This document shows positions 12,801 through 27,600 of a stretch of DNA of 64,000 bases, in pieces (position 1 is the first letter of the stretch; every line of letters starts with the position of its first letter). The notes beneath the pieces were generated by a model that was not told the origin of the DNA, searched no databases, and saw nothing but the letters and a program-made list of their open reading frames with translations. The stretch spans positions 646,190 through 710,189 of the forward strand of contig NW_014577092.1 in NCBI RefSeq assembly GCF_000485595.1, written 5' to 3'. The DNA comes from Priapulus caudatus. Lineage: Eukaryota. A program made the position numbers and the translations under genes.

Positions 12801-15800
12801 CCTTCTTTTCTCTTCCTCCTCTTCCTCCTCTCAACCTCCTCTCCTCCTCCTCCTCCTCCTATCCTCCTCCTCTCCTCCTCCTTCTCCTCCTTTCCACTTC
12901 CTCCTCCTCTCATCCTCTTCCTCCTCCTCCTCCTCCTCCTCTCCTTCGCTCCTCTCCTCCTCATCACCTCCTGTCTCCTCCTCCTCCACCTCTCTCTTCC
13001 CCTCCTCTTCCCTTTCCTCCTCCTCCTCCACCTCTTTTCTACTTTCTCTCCTCCTCCTCCTCTTCCTCTCCTCCTCCTCCTCCTTCTCCTCCTCTCCTCC
13101 TCGCTCCTACTCTTCTTCTCTCCTCACATCCCTTCTGCCCTCTCACTCCTCCTCTCTTCTCCGCCTCTCCTCTCCTCCTCTTCTCTCATCCACCTCCTCC
13201 CTCCACCTCCTCCTCTTCCTCCTCTCCTCCCTCCTCCTCCTCCCTCCTCCTTCTCCTCCTCCTCCTCCACCTCCACCACCTCCTCCCCCACGTTCTCCCC
13301 TCCTCCGCGACCTCCTCCCTGTATCACATGTCAACATACGCGCGGTAACGTAATAGCTATGATCTCTGTGAAAGATTTGAGTTTATTGAAGCGGTGTATG
13401 AAAAGAAGTCAACGCGTGCCGGCGTGCATATTTGCTAATTAATTAGGCTACATCGTGCGTCATAAATTCGACACTTATACAGGATTATTGCTAGCACATC
13501 TGTATCATCAATGTGCCGTGTAGCAAATTCTAGAACGTAACTGCTATAGTTTCTGCGAGATGATGGATAGGTATAATATACGCAGCTTTCTTAGCCCATA
13601 TAGTGCAGTAGTGTGTGTCGGTGATAGCGTGTTGTGTAGAGTGAAGTGGGGGAGTTAATGTGGTTGTGTGTGTGTTGTGTGGTGTCGTGGTTGTAGTGTG
13701 TGTGCTGTTGAGTGCGTGCAGTGTTCGTCGGCGAGGCGGGCGCTTCAGGCATAGAGCTCGGACGGCGGTGGCAGTAAGGCGTGGATGCCTTACGGGAGGT
13801 TATTATCTTATCCTGATAGCAATTACGCGTGGTACAGCCAAGGTATCGGGGGGAGACGCCCGTGGGGCTGGTGATGAATTTACCGTGCGATCTTGTGTTG
13901 TGGTGTCGGTCTGCCTTTGTAGGGTTTCAGAGATAGAGCTGAATTGCTGGTGCCATTTGTGTGGTGTTACGCGGCAGGTTATAGTAAATAATAAGCAGAA
14001 ATAATATGTGATAAGTATATTTAAAGACCATGTAATATCAGGTTGGACAATTGCTTGCATTTCAATGTGTTCTGATGGCGTTGTTTGCTATTTGAGTTTT
14101 GCGATGGCGTGTTGCAGTGCCGGCGATGTTCGTGTAGTGCTGTGTGTGTGGTGTTGTCGAGCGTTGTGCCATCTTGTGATTTGTTGTTGTATGGTTTGTG
14201 CAGTTTTGTGTGGGCGGAATTTTGCAGATTTGTGTTGCGGACGATTTGATTATGTTGTGGGATTTGAATATTTGCTTTGTGTGTGGTGCTGGCCATCTCG
14301 GTGACGTGCTGCTGCGCATATGTGTGATAACCCCGTGCTAATCCTGGAAATTATTATGCGAATGGGCCGTTCCATTAGTACTTGTTTCAGTTCATGGCGT
14401 TGGCTACACATAATTACGTCTGCAAGAGAGATACGGCGCCGCATACATGAAGGAGGACAGGTCAAAACGTCAGTCATCGGTAGCTTTACAACGAATTTGC
14501 GATCGCTCGGTGCCAGGTGTCAATACAGCGCCGTATTGCCAATTTGAAATGCGGCCCAGGTACCTCGGGGCGGAGGTGGAAGGGACGCAAAAGTACGCTA
14601 CGACGAAAAAAACGTGGTGTGCCATGTGTGGTAACAACGGTAACAACAGCTATACAACAGGTGTGTGATATGTAATAACGAGAAACACAGTAACAGCCAA
14701 TATAGACAACAGTAACTGAAGCATCGGAGAGCACAGACCTCCACGCACAGGCAGCTGAATTCTCTCACTGTTAAAATTTTTATTAATGAATTAATTAATT
14801 AAGTGCAAATTTTATTAATAAATAAATAAATAATTATAATTAATTGGATCCGGATCACCACCAAAATATAATCAATTCTAAGTTACGCCATTTCTGACCT
14901 ATCCTGAAAATTTTATTTATTAATTAATTAGTTAATTAATTAATTGATTGTGCTCGCTCGTCCACCAAAATGTAATCAATTCTAAGTTACCCCATTTCTG
15001 ACCTATCCTGAAAATTTAATTAATTAAATTAATTCATTAATTAATTAATTGATCCGGATCATTACAAAATCTCCTCAATCTAAGTTAGGCGATTTCTGAC
15101 CTATCCTGAAAATTTATGACAATCCGTCCATGACTTTTTTAGTTAGGCTGTACACAAACAAACAAACGCACAAACCCAATGTCAGGATACGTCTCACACA
15201 AACAGCCCGACCTGGTCCGTGATAACACATTAATTCTGCCAACGCCCTTTGCGGAGGTATTTCTCTTATTTGGACTAAGGTAATAACCAGTTACACATGT
15301 GTATACACGGAGCAGTATTATAAGAGCCGATGGTGGGAGCGAGAAGAGCACGGTAGTTCGTGGAGAAAGGCATCGTTGCAGTTCCGCGTGCAGGACAGTA
15401 TGGCACCTACTAATACAATACAACACACACACACACACACACACACACAATCACGTGCTGCAGCATTTAGTGGTGTGGCATGGTGTTAGCTGATTTACTA
15501 TTGAACACCACACACTACCACACAACACACCACACGACACACACACAGTACTACACACACATACACACACACACACACAACGAACACACACACACACACA
15601 CCATACAGCGCACGCACGCCGCACGCCGCACGCACGCACGCACGCGACACACACACACACACACACACATCCACCACGACTACACACAGGACTGCATACG
15701 CCCCGGCATAACGAGAATTGAAAGTAATAACGCGATATTACTTGGTGTTTATTTTCTCATCTTTTCTTTATTTTAATTACTTACTGCGGACTACCCCGCT

Positions 15801-15925
15801 AATTCCTCGGAACACTATATTATCGCGTTCTAAACAGAGGCGTCCCACTGCCACATACACGATAGGCCCCGCACGCACGCGCGCGCACGCGACTGCACGC
15901 ATCACGCACGCACAGCAACTCACGC

Positions 15926-15976
<51 letters not shown>

Positions 15977-16256
15977 CACACACTAACACACAGGCCTGCA
16001 TGCGCCCCCGCAATAACGAGAATTGAAAGTAACGCGATATTACTTGCGTTTTATTTTCTCATCTTTGCTTATTTTATTTAACTTACTCGTGACTACCCGC
16101 TATTTCTCGGACCACTCATTATCCGTTCTTAACGGGTCCCACTGACACAATACACGTAGGCACAACGCACGCCACGCGCGCGGCCACGCAACGCACGTAA
16201 CGCTACGCACGCACTACACACACGAACACACACACAAGCACACACACACACACACA

Positions 16257-16299
<43 letters not shown>

Positions 16300-19200
16300 C
16301 ACACCCAGGCACACATGTATATAATATATACCCCCAATTTTCGCAGTCCGGTGAAAATCTCGCGTTGGTCTCTCCGCCGTAATCTAGCAATATCAACTGT
16401 CCCTTTTTTATCTGTTAGTGGCTGATTTTATACCCCGCTACTACCACCCATGCGCTACACTAAATAATTACATCAGCTAAATATCCATATTTCGGGAATT
16501 CGAAAGCCAGAGACAATTATTCGTCGAACCATCGCACCTATCGTTTTCGCTATATATTAGGTAAGTCATATTGGACCTGCCGCGCCTATTTTTTTCCTCT
16601 TGCTAATAACCACATCTACTTTCATACAGAAGCAGCAAGAAAGCGCCTGTGTTAACCTAGCCATATCACGTCTCTGTTAAGTATACGTTACTTCATGCAT
16701 CTACAGACGAACTGGCAGTAACAATATAAAATCAGAATGTATAATATAGTCTACATATATAATATAGAATAAAATGAAATCAAATGCTGTGCGAACCAAC
16801 ATAAAATAATTGTAACGTAGCTAGAAATAATATTCGTAAACTAGCAAGTGAGGCCTAGTCGACATGATGAATTAGCATGATATATATGGGGCGACCGGTC
16901 ACTCCAGTCATTTCAAATTTTCCAAAGTTTCATTTTTTGTACCAATTTGAAGTAGGATCTATAGAACCAATTTTGGTTCGGTGTCAAGCCACTCAGAGAA
17001 ATTTCTTTTTTTACCAATTTTCTAAAAGACATGCACCATTGAAAATCGTGAATTCCTTGTATTTTTAATAAAAGCTCATATTTCACTAATTTGCTATAAT
17101 ATATAGCAGAACATTGAAATAGGAGCAGTGATTGTTTGAAATCAGTAAATAGGATTTGCGTTTATTGAAAGGCGTAAACATAATAACGTAACCTGGCTGT
17201 ATAGTATTGTAGAAATGCTGCATGGTAAAGTAATTCTGCAGACAGACTTGCGTTTTCCTAGGTATCGGTATCGGGTTCCTTGCAGTGTGCAAAGAAATGA
17301 TATGAAAATATCGTAGGCTGCAGATTATTTTAAGGTTGCGCAGTAGAATGAACGGGGTTTGCCTCTCTGTTTCTCCTTAGCCGAGCCGCCGCCACTATCG
17401 CAACAAACCGAGACCGGTTGACGGGAATCCTGTTAGCTGATTGTGTTAATTGTGGTTTTTCGTGTTTCTACATAACCTGTCGTAGAAAATGAAATCGATT
17501 AGCCTAAAACCAGGCGCCTAGGCGTCCAGTCTGTATGCGATGTATAGTTAGTGTCGCTTGCGGTGCTGCGATCAGATTCGAGCCACCAGCTTAAACTGGA
17601 ATCCGGATCCTTGAATCGGAATAAACCTAAACAGTTCCGTATATTCCCCGCTCGATTACTGACGTATCACAGCGCAGTTCACTGCTGTGCAATGTATAGC
17701 TAGTGTCCGGCGCTCCGATCAGATTTGAGCAACCAAATAAATCGGAATCAAACCTAAACAGTCTCGAATATTTCCGCTCGATTACTGACAGCGCAGTTCA
17801 CTGCTAGTCGCAGACAATCAATTCCACCGACTTCCGCTACTTACCACCTGACTATAATATATATATACTAAGTCTAATATATCAAAGACTACTATAACAC
17901 TAGCCCGACCAGGCTGTGCGACGGATGTCTATACAATAGGTATCCTAACCTAGCGATACCGTTTCTTGCGGCTACTATAACACCATTCTGATTGACTGGA
18001 AGTGATGTAGAGAGTAGTTTATAAATAGGTTGACTGACAGCCAGCCGAAAATTCTGTCGAGAGGTCTGAGCAATGGTAAGTGAATAGGACCGATATTGTA
18101 TCAGCGTGAAATGACTGCCACCCCAACCCATGCCACTAATCTGCCTACACGTGCACACTGCATGCGACTAGTCTAAACACATTTCCATCAGGTTGAAGAT
18201 CGATGACATCAGGAGTGCACGAAAAACAACGACTTGTTGTTATTCACTCCAGTGATATCTTTACTGCAGTTTGTACTAACCATTTCATGCATAATAAACG
18301 ATCCTGTAACAATACAGTCCCCACTAAAAGGTGACGTAAGCAATTACCCTCCCACCCCCACCCCACCACCGGCGCACACAGCACACACACACCAACACAA
18401 CAACCACACACACACACCCGACACGCAAGTGCGCACGCGCGAACGCCTACCCGACGTGTGCGTAGAGCAGGATGTCCTGTTGTCGAAGAGGTTTACGTAA
18501 GGGAACAGCATGAGGAAGGCGTAGATGGCGACCAAGCTGGATAGCAGCATCAGCTTGAGCCAGCTGGCAACGACCAGGTAGACTGCACAGCATCATCACA
18601 GCATGACACAGAAGGTGAAATACTGCAACAACGGCCAACGCAAGATGAGCTGCTATTCATGAAACAGGATATATAGACACTAATATATATATATATATAT
18701 TATATCAGGAGTAGATAATAGGGAAGGAGTGTGACATCAATAAAACAAGGGAAATTCGTCATTTACTAGCCTGAAACCTACGATTTACTACGCGTAACTC
18801 ATCCAACTTGAGCACAAATCCGTACACAGTACATTCGCTGCAGCATCGTGCGAAATCGTTTCCTCGTTTATACAAGCAATCGGAGATACAGACTAAAACG
18901 TACGACACGATATCCATTCTTTGGCCATCAATCCAGCGTATTCCCCGCCTCTATTCAAACAAAAGGCAGCTACCTAACGCGCTATCTGCTAACTCGGCGA
19001 GGCATGTGGCTCGCTGGGAGATTAGGCTCAACACTCGCGAGATAACTTTGACCGGTCACAGCTACACAGGCATACCGGGTACAGCAGCCCACCTCTGCAC
19101 ATACCTGTCATGCCCTCACGCAGCACTGCGAACCGCAATCAGCAGCAGCTGATCGGCTCAAATCTCCCAGCCAGCCACATTGCCCGCCGAGTTAGCAAGC

Positions 19201-22200
19201 TGTGGTTAGGTAGCTGCTTTTGTTTTAATAGAGGGGGCAATGGGCTTGGATTTGATGCCAAAGATGGATAAATCGTGTCGTACGTTTTTAGTCTGTATCT
19301 CCGGATTGCTTGTGTAAACGAGGAAACGATTTCGCACGTGACTAGGCGAATGGTACTGTGTACGATTTGAGCTCAAGTTGGATGAGTTACGCGTAGTAAA
19401 TCGTAGGTTTTAAGGCTAGTAAATGACGAATTGTCCTTGTTTATTGATGTCACACTCGTTCCCTATTATCTACTCCTGATATATATGTATAAATAAACAA
19501 ATATATAAATAAATATATATATATAGTTATATATAGTTAGCATACTTCGCCGATCTTCATTAGATCTCACATACACACGTACGCAAAAATGGCTGTTATT
19601 TATGAAACATGATATATAGACACAAATAAATAAATAAATAAATAAATATATATATATATGTATATATAAACAAATATATAAATAGATAAATATATATATA
19701 TAGTTATATATATAGTTATCATACTTCGACGAACTTCATTAGATCACACGTACGCCCGCCCGCGCACACGCACACACGCACGCACACACGCACGCACACA
19801 TATACATTGTAGACCTTTCTATACCTGGTTCATATATGCTGTCTTCCTGCCTATGTGTGCGTGCGTGAGTGCGAGTGTGTTGCCCTTGAGTGTATGCCAA
19901 AGATCAGAGCACATGTACGCAAGTCGACTGCATTAGGAGCACCAAATTTTGCAGGCTTCTTTATTTCTCAACAAAAAAACTCTCAACGGTATCTCTCATG
20001 TGATCGGCCGTGTGCAGGTTGCCGTTACCTCTGGAAAGTGCGTCGTGCCATCAGGGTGACACAAGGACGTTTCGACGCCCAGAGTTATCTCCGACACATT
20101 GCTGATGTAATAGGTGATGTTGTCCAGTCCAGTCGTATTGTAGTAATATTCCATGCACTCAGGCAAACCGACCGCGTCCAACGCAAACTGAAGTGGGTCA
20201 AACACGGATGAAAAAATACGAAGGAGAATATTGTTGTTGAAGAGCAATTTTGGCGCGATGAGAATAGTAGACGCATTCATTCAAACCGGCGCGATCGCCG
20301 ATTACAAAAAAGCTGCTTACTTGTAACACGTCTTCACTTCAATTTATGATACGTGGCAATGTAATAGCATTGCACGCTGATCGATAAATTGACAGAAAGT
20401 TATTCTAAGCCTTTAGCTACGGGCAAAAGCACACTCATACAGTCATTGACATGTATCAGCACATCAAATGCAAAAATAGTGCACAATATGTATATGCATG
20501 TGTATGCGTATGTATGTATGTGTATAGTATACGTGTAATATGTATATTTATATGTATATGTGCTAATGCCTATCTATTTTTCTGCTATACTGTACTTATT
20601 TCATAGGTGCAAATATGTTCTGAGATTTTCTATAACATTACCTCATTATTACCTCTATAACTTTCATATACGCTAGAGAATATGCTCTATAATCTCCCAC
20701 TTCGCTAATACCACCTACTTCTTCATAACTTTCGTTATGCTTCCCTTTACACTACTTCCTATACGTTCTCCAACATTTTCCCCTGCACTTTCTTCAACTT
20801 CCTGCTAGATTATACTCTCTTTCTGATCCGCTAAGACAGCCACCTGCCTGTTAACATATCTCCTAAAATCTGCTAATATCTGTCAATACCTGCTAATATA
20901 TCTATATTACTTACCAGGTTGCAGAATGATGTGAGAGAAAGCAGGGCGATGAATATGCTAGCCACAAGTTGACACAGCGGGCGACTGCTACAGATCCTAC
21001 TGGATATGAGCTTGAGAATCGCTGGAGGTAACTGCGAAATAGACAAAACAAGTGAATGCTGTAGCTGAAGGGCGATTGATCGAAGATCGCGGACTGTGCA
21101 CGCTAGTGTGTGTGCAGAGGTGTGACATGAGGATCCAGGTATTGAAGGCGCATATGTGCGCGGTACCATTTAATACTCCCTTGGAAGATGGTCAGAAAAT
21201 AACAAAAGCAGTGGCAGCACAATCAAGCTGCTACAACCATATCGCATAGGGTACGTCTTAAAAAAATCAACAAGAAAGGTAGGCTCACCCTGACTAAGAT
21301 TCAGAGATAGAAATCTAACAGTATAGCATGATTGGTCGACGTCATTAAATGGCAAAATGCCAGGCGTACTATTTTGCACGCGATTCGACCGACGGCAGAA
21401 AGTGCCCTGATATTCCAAGCGGGCGCGGGCGGTAAGTCGGTGAAGAGTAGATCGAAGAGTGCGTATGCATATACACATGTTGTAAATATAGACAATATAT
21501 GACGATATAAGCCCGGCGCACACGTGAGTAATTTTACTCAAGTAAAATCATGCATGCGTCTAAATACTCACGCGAAATATTTTCAGCGTCCGCCGCACAC
21601 GTGAGTAAAATTACTCAAGGTATAAGTGGTAATGTAGATCACGTGACTGTGCGCAGCCAATACTGGGCGCAGTCATCTTTAACATGATTTAAACGCATGC
21701 GCTGTGAGTACACGTGTTGAGTAAATTTACACAGCTAGCGCGCACACGTTGAGTATTTTGACGCATGAGTCAAAAATTATCAAACATGTTTGATATTGAG
21801 TTTCTTGATGCATGCGTCAGAAAACTCAACGAAAATCCGGCGCACACGTGAATATTTTGACGCATGAGTCAAAAATTATCAAACATGTTTGATATTGAGT
21901 TTCTTGATGCATGCGTCAGAAAACTCAACGAAAATCCAGCGCACACGTGAATATTTTGACGCATGCATCATTTTACCGAGTAAAATTACTCACGTGTGCG
22001 CCGGGCTTAATAGACATCGGCGCCCATGGTGGCGCCGTCTATAGTGACGCGTGGTTGTAGACATGCGTTACACAAACATACAAAATCTAATATTTAAATA
22101 ATTTTTTATCCAACCACTGCATGGAAAGAAAATTAAGAAAGCCATAACCACAAGAGAATTGTGAAGTAAACGCGACGACATATCCCCTTACATGCATGCT

Positions 22201-23693
22201 GTCGGGGCAGTTCAATGTTATTTATGTCTACATAAACCAAATCAATAAACATTATTATCTCTGCATCTAGCAAATCCATGAACATTCTTTAAATGCATCC
22301 AACAAATTATTAAACAGCCCATGTCTGCATCCACCAAATTCCTGAAGAGTCTATGGTTGCACCCACCAAATTAATAAACAGTCTATGTATGCTTCCAGCT
22401 AATTAATACACATTCTATATATGTAATAACGCTCTGCATTGTCAGCAGCGAGTGCGTTGGACAGCATTTACAAGACACAGATTTACAACCTAACTAGTAT
22501 ATTATTTCTCTGGCTCTAACACTAGTATAGGCCGGTGTATTATGCGGGATAAAAGTGATTATCCATAAAAGTAATAACGTATTGCTTGCTGCTTAGCAGT
22601 AATGGGCTAATTCCTAGTCTGATGGGCTGCAGATGAGGGCCGGATTTCCTATAGTGACATAGGCAGTGCATTTGCCGGGAAACACGAGGCAGCACGGGAG
22701 CTGGCATTTTCTAATCTCTGCGCGCGTCCTCTTTCAACGCGATTTTTTGTCCAGGAAATATTCACGCATTATTCCAATCACTGTAAAACCGCAATTGGCT
22801 TATGTCGGTGGTGCAGACTGCTACGTAAAAAACTGCTGCGTGCGCGTTTAAATCGACGCAGTGTGTGACATTTACGACAGGATGTGCACATCTATGATGT
22901 GTACACAGCACTCGGGAAGGTAGGCCGAGTTGCCGTAATGTGCTTTTTAGTAAAACTTTAATTAGCTTACACAAACCTATCGCGTTCATAGCAACAAACT
23001 TATTCAATTTTCTAACTAATACTCACAGCATCCTATAAACCTCCTATTAATAGAATTTATCGTATTAATTATTATTTACGAGTACTTGCGTTCGCGTGAG
23101 TAGTTTTGATTTTAATGCTATATTTCACTTAATTCACGTTATAAATTACTCAACATCATTGACAATTGAGTTCAAAGCAGGTCGACAAATATTTCTTATT
23201 TTCTTATCGTACAATTTATCTCACGATTGCCATGAACAGTGCGGCGCTATCGTGTAGGAAGGTTTGTGCAAACGGGCGTAGTGTACAATATAGACAGATT
23301 TATTATTAACTAGACGTTTTGCAACTCTACAAGTGACTATAGCGAGTTGAGGCGATACAACCCAATGGGAAGGAGGGTGGATAACTGTACTGTAACAGTG
23401 TAAAATTAAGCTCGTGTACTATAAGACTTAATAATCAAATGAATAGCAATTCGAAGACTTCTATCAGCGCAGTTCTGCGAGAGAATGTCTCTGCATTTGG
23501 TACGTTTGGCTAGCGCCGACCAAGGACAAATGTCAAAATTCTACGTAATTGCGGAAGAGTTGTGTCAGAGTTGCAAATGGAGCTTGATACATAGTCGGCA
23601 AGTAAAAGGGTAATAGCGCCTGAAACGCACTAACGTAACGCCTAACGTAAATATGCGAACCCACGCACGCACACACGCATGCTCGCACGCACG

Positions 23694-23744
<51 letters not shown>

Positions 23745-24136
23745 ACACGCTCGCGCACACCTACGCGATGTACAGGTGTATTTCACTGTGTGAAGCAAAA
23801 TGTCAGTACATCGTTATAACTTGTGTGTGTTTGGGTACCATTTTGCCTGCGATACGTCCGCATTTACTCTGAAAATATTGTTGAAGAAATTGAGTGTGCT
23901 CTGCTCGTTCGAACTCCATGCCACTGTTTGTTTTACCGCGGCAATACGATATCCATTCCAGACCCAATGTTATTCTGGAGAATTTTACCATTATATTCGT
24001 GTGCTTGCACATGTGCATTAAATACATAAGCGCAATCGTTGAAAAGTAGAAAAAAATGGCCGTAAACTGTCCTGCGGATTACATCAATTCAACAGAGCGT
24101 GGAGGAGAGCGAAGGAAGCGATGAGAGCGACGAGAG

Positions 24137-24167
<31 letters not shown>

Positions 24168-24241
24168 TAGCAGAGAGAGAGAGAGAGAGATAGCAGATAG
24201 AGATAGAGATAGAGATATGAGATTAGAGGAGAGAGAGAGAC

Positions 24242-24272
<31 letters not shown>

Positions 24273-24609
24273 TAGAGAGAAAAGAGAGAGAGAGAGAGAG
24301 CGAGGGAGAGCAGAGAGAGATAGAAAGGGAGGAGGGAGGCTCGACGGACGGGGAGAGAGATGAGAGAGGAAAGAGAGAGATAGAGCGAGAGCGAGAGAGA
24401 GCGAGAGAGAGAGGAAGAGAGAGAGAGAGAGAGAGCGAGAGGAGAGAGGAGGAGAGAGGGAGCGAGAGAGAGAGAGAGGATAGAAAGAGGAACAGAGAGC
24501 GAGGGAGAGAGAGAGAGAGAGAGTGGGCAGAGAGAGAGAGAGAGAAAGAGAGAGAAGAGAGAGAGCGAAGAGAGAGAGAAGAGAGAGACGAGAGAGAGAG
24601 AGAGGGAGA

Positions 24610-24658
<49 letters not shown>

Positions 24659-27600
24659 TGAGGANNNNNNNNNNATTATATTCGTGTGCTTGCACATGTG
24701 CATTAAATGCATAAGCGCAATCGTTGAAAAGTAGAAAAAAATGGCCGTAAACTGACCTGCGGATTACATCAATTCAACAGAGCGATTATCCAAAGATAAA
24801 AATATCACCAAGTAGTAGGACACCTATAAGAACACTGCACTGTTTAGTGGGCGGGGGGCGGGCATACAACACAAATCACACTGGTTAGTAGGAACCTACA
24901 AGAACAGCAAACTGATTAGTAGGAACCTATAAGAACAGCATACTGATTAGTAGGGACCTATAAGAACACCACAGTGGTTAGTAGGAAACACCCGCCGATA
25001 CCCTGCATTTGAGTACGGAACCTATACAGGACGAGCACCCACACACGTGGGTTGCCAGCTAGGCCGCTATAGAGAGAGAGAGAGAGAGAGAAAGAGACTA
25101 GACTGGTATGGATTTTACTGGACTATACTAATATGGTTTGGATTAGCATACATAGACTAGACGGAGTGGCATCCACACTATTGCCCATTATAAAAGTAGA
25201 CGAAATGGAAGTTGGCAAAATGTGAAGTAGGCGAAATGGGAGTAGGTGAAATGGGAGTAGGCCAACTGGGATGTTACCCTGACAACAGCCCTCTGGTTAT
25301 TAAAGATGTCTTCCCACGCACATTTTTGTAACAAACCACTGTAAAAACGCAAGTAAATAACTCGCTGCACTTTAACTGAACGTTATCTTTAAAAAAAACG
25401 GTAAAAATATGTATCAAGCCTATATTTGCTCAACGAAAAAACAACTCGAAAATCGCTATTCGCCGCGGTTCTGAACATAATGGCGGTTCTGTGTAAAAGC
25501 TCCTTTATTGATGAGCCTTTGTAAGAAAGATTGCGAGTACATACCTTGGCAGGATGATGAGCTGCACGGCCCACATGAGCAGGAATATGATCACGGAACA
25601 TCCCATGTAAGACTTGAACATCTGGTCGCGCTCTATACTGTACTGCAAAAGCATAAAAAACGCGAGGCACATGTAACAATGTAAAATGCACAGTACATGA
25701 TATGTAAATGTATTATGTAATTTATTATGAGGCAATGTAAAATGCTCCCTGCAACAAACGCTGTTGCTACGTTTAATCGTGATATGGCAAAATTACAGCA
25801 GTCCAGCAACATTGCGCTGATATTAGCACTGCATTGCGGGGCCCTCCCTACAAAAAAGGGTAGGTATGTGCCACTTGAGAGATGGAATTGGGGGGCTCCG
25901 GTACTAACTCAGCACATCAAAATAGGGAGCTCCAGAACGCGCGGACAAAGGTAGGACATATGCGCAGGGACGGGAAATATGTGAGAAGGGGGTCTCCGGA
26001 ACGAAAAATATGTGAAAAGGGAAGTCTCCGGTGCGGAAAAAAGTAGGACCTATGCTCCAGGACGGGAAATATGTGAAAAGGGAAGTCTCCGTGCGGAAAA
26101 AAGTAGGACCTATGCGCCGAGACGGGAAATATGTGAAAAGGGAGGTCTCCGGTGCGGAAAAAAGTAGGACCTATGCGCCGAGACGGGAAATATGTGAAAA
26201 GGGAGGTCCCCAGTGCGGACAAAAAGTCGGACCTATGCGCCGAGACGGGAAATATGTGAATGGGGAGGTCTCCGGTGCAGAAATTTTGAGGTGAAAAAAG
26301 GGTGGGGGTCATAAACCGCGGCACATACTTACCATACAGTATATAGGAAGTACCCCCCCCCGGGATTCCGGACTAACTAACTGAGAATCACATAGCCTCG
26401 TGGCATGCTCGCCACTATACGAGTTTATACATTTTAGCTAAGTCAAATCTTATATGGTAAAACATTTAAAACCTAGTATAATTTGTTAACCGTTATACTG
26501 CAAATGTAGTAAACGTATTAGTCCGTGTCAATGCCGTATTTCAGCGTTATTTGTTAGCTCAAAATGTTAGCATCGGATATATATCGTGGTGCATATACTG
26601 TAGCTAGATCCATGATAATACATTTGATTGCAGTTATTGATCAATATCATTTACTGCCTTCTATTGAATTTCACATTCAATCATTTCACACGTAATGTTA
26701 TAACTTTGATTTGCCTGGATTTTTTCGAAAATAAAACAAATGGATGCATTTATAACTAAGATTGCACTTTTAATAGACTGATATTGAATTGATATATGAA
26801 CTCTTATTACAAATATTCGTTGATCGTGTTAGTCATTATATTACAAAGGGTTGTAAGGTTAGGGCGCAACTAGGGATGAGGAAATTTTTACCTTAAGTGC
26901 AATCTTAGTTATAAATGCATCCATTTGTTTTATTTTCGAAAAAATCCAGGCAAACCAAAGTTATAACATTACGTGTGAAATGATTGAATGTGAAATTCAA
27001 TAGAAGGCAGTAAATGATATTGATCAATAACTGCAATCAAATGTATTATCATGGATCTAGCGTCTTATCTAATGAAAATAGTGATGATACTTGACAGAAA
27101 AATAGAAGGTGCTTCCGACCGCCTCTTCTCTCCCACAGTTTGTCGGGTGGGGGAAATATTATGTGGATATATGCTTCTACACAACACACTACATGCTGTG
27201 TTGTTGCTGTTGTGTATGTTATTGTGTATATCCAACACAACAACATGCATGTTGTAGTGTATATCCTTGATGCTGTGTAGCACAGTAATTATTCCTGTAA
27301 CGTGCTGCCACCTAACAGGCGATTACGGAGAAAAATAGGGAGCAAATATAAACGGATTGCGGCGCAAATATTTAGCCATCAGTAATTACGATGTTCCTGA
27401 CAACGTGCCTCTGGTCATAAGGAGACGATGATGAACCCAAATGCCTCAATTCTTTTCGTAATGCATGTAAAACAGGCAGCAAAGGGACCAGCAAGACAGG
27501 CATCGGATGGGAGATCTAGAAAGCTAGGAAGTAAGAGGAGAAATAGAGAAGACCTGTGGTAGACGGAGAGGAGGTGGACGCGCAGGATAAACAGGCAGCG

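Noticed and set aside
12632..13337. Glu/Arg/Gly-rich ORFs (also 24084-24714, 38334-38892 and 36754-37272)
   Set aside because: Low-complexity purine/pyrimidine or trinucleotide tracts.
18451..18622. Mutually exclusive exon pair with 9913-10088
   Set aside because: No substitution-type divergence, only frameshifting deletions, and the flanking intron is duplicated to the same degree.
21165..21257. Hydrophobic stretch [20 protein letters not shown] as the TM8 exon
   Set aside because: The acceptor gives the wrong phase, and stops occur before a usable donor.
23989..24071. Possible TM8 exon [28 protein letters not shown] after ccgcag
   Set aside because: That frame needs six Ts, but two of the three copies have seven, giving a non-hydrophobic frame. 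The block is duplicated and the peptide is not convincingly AC-like.
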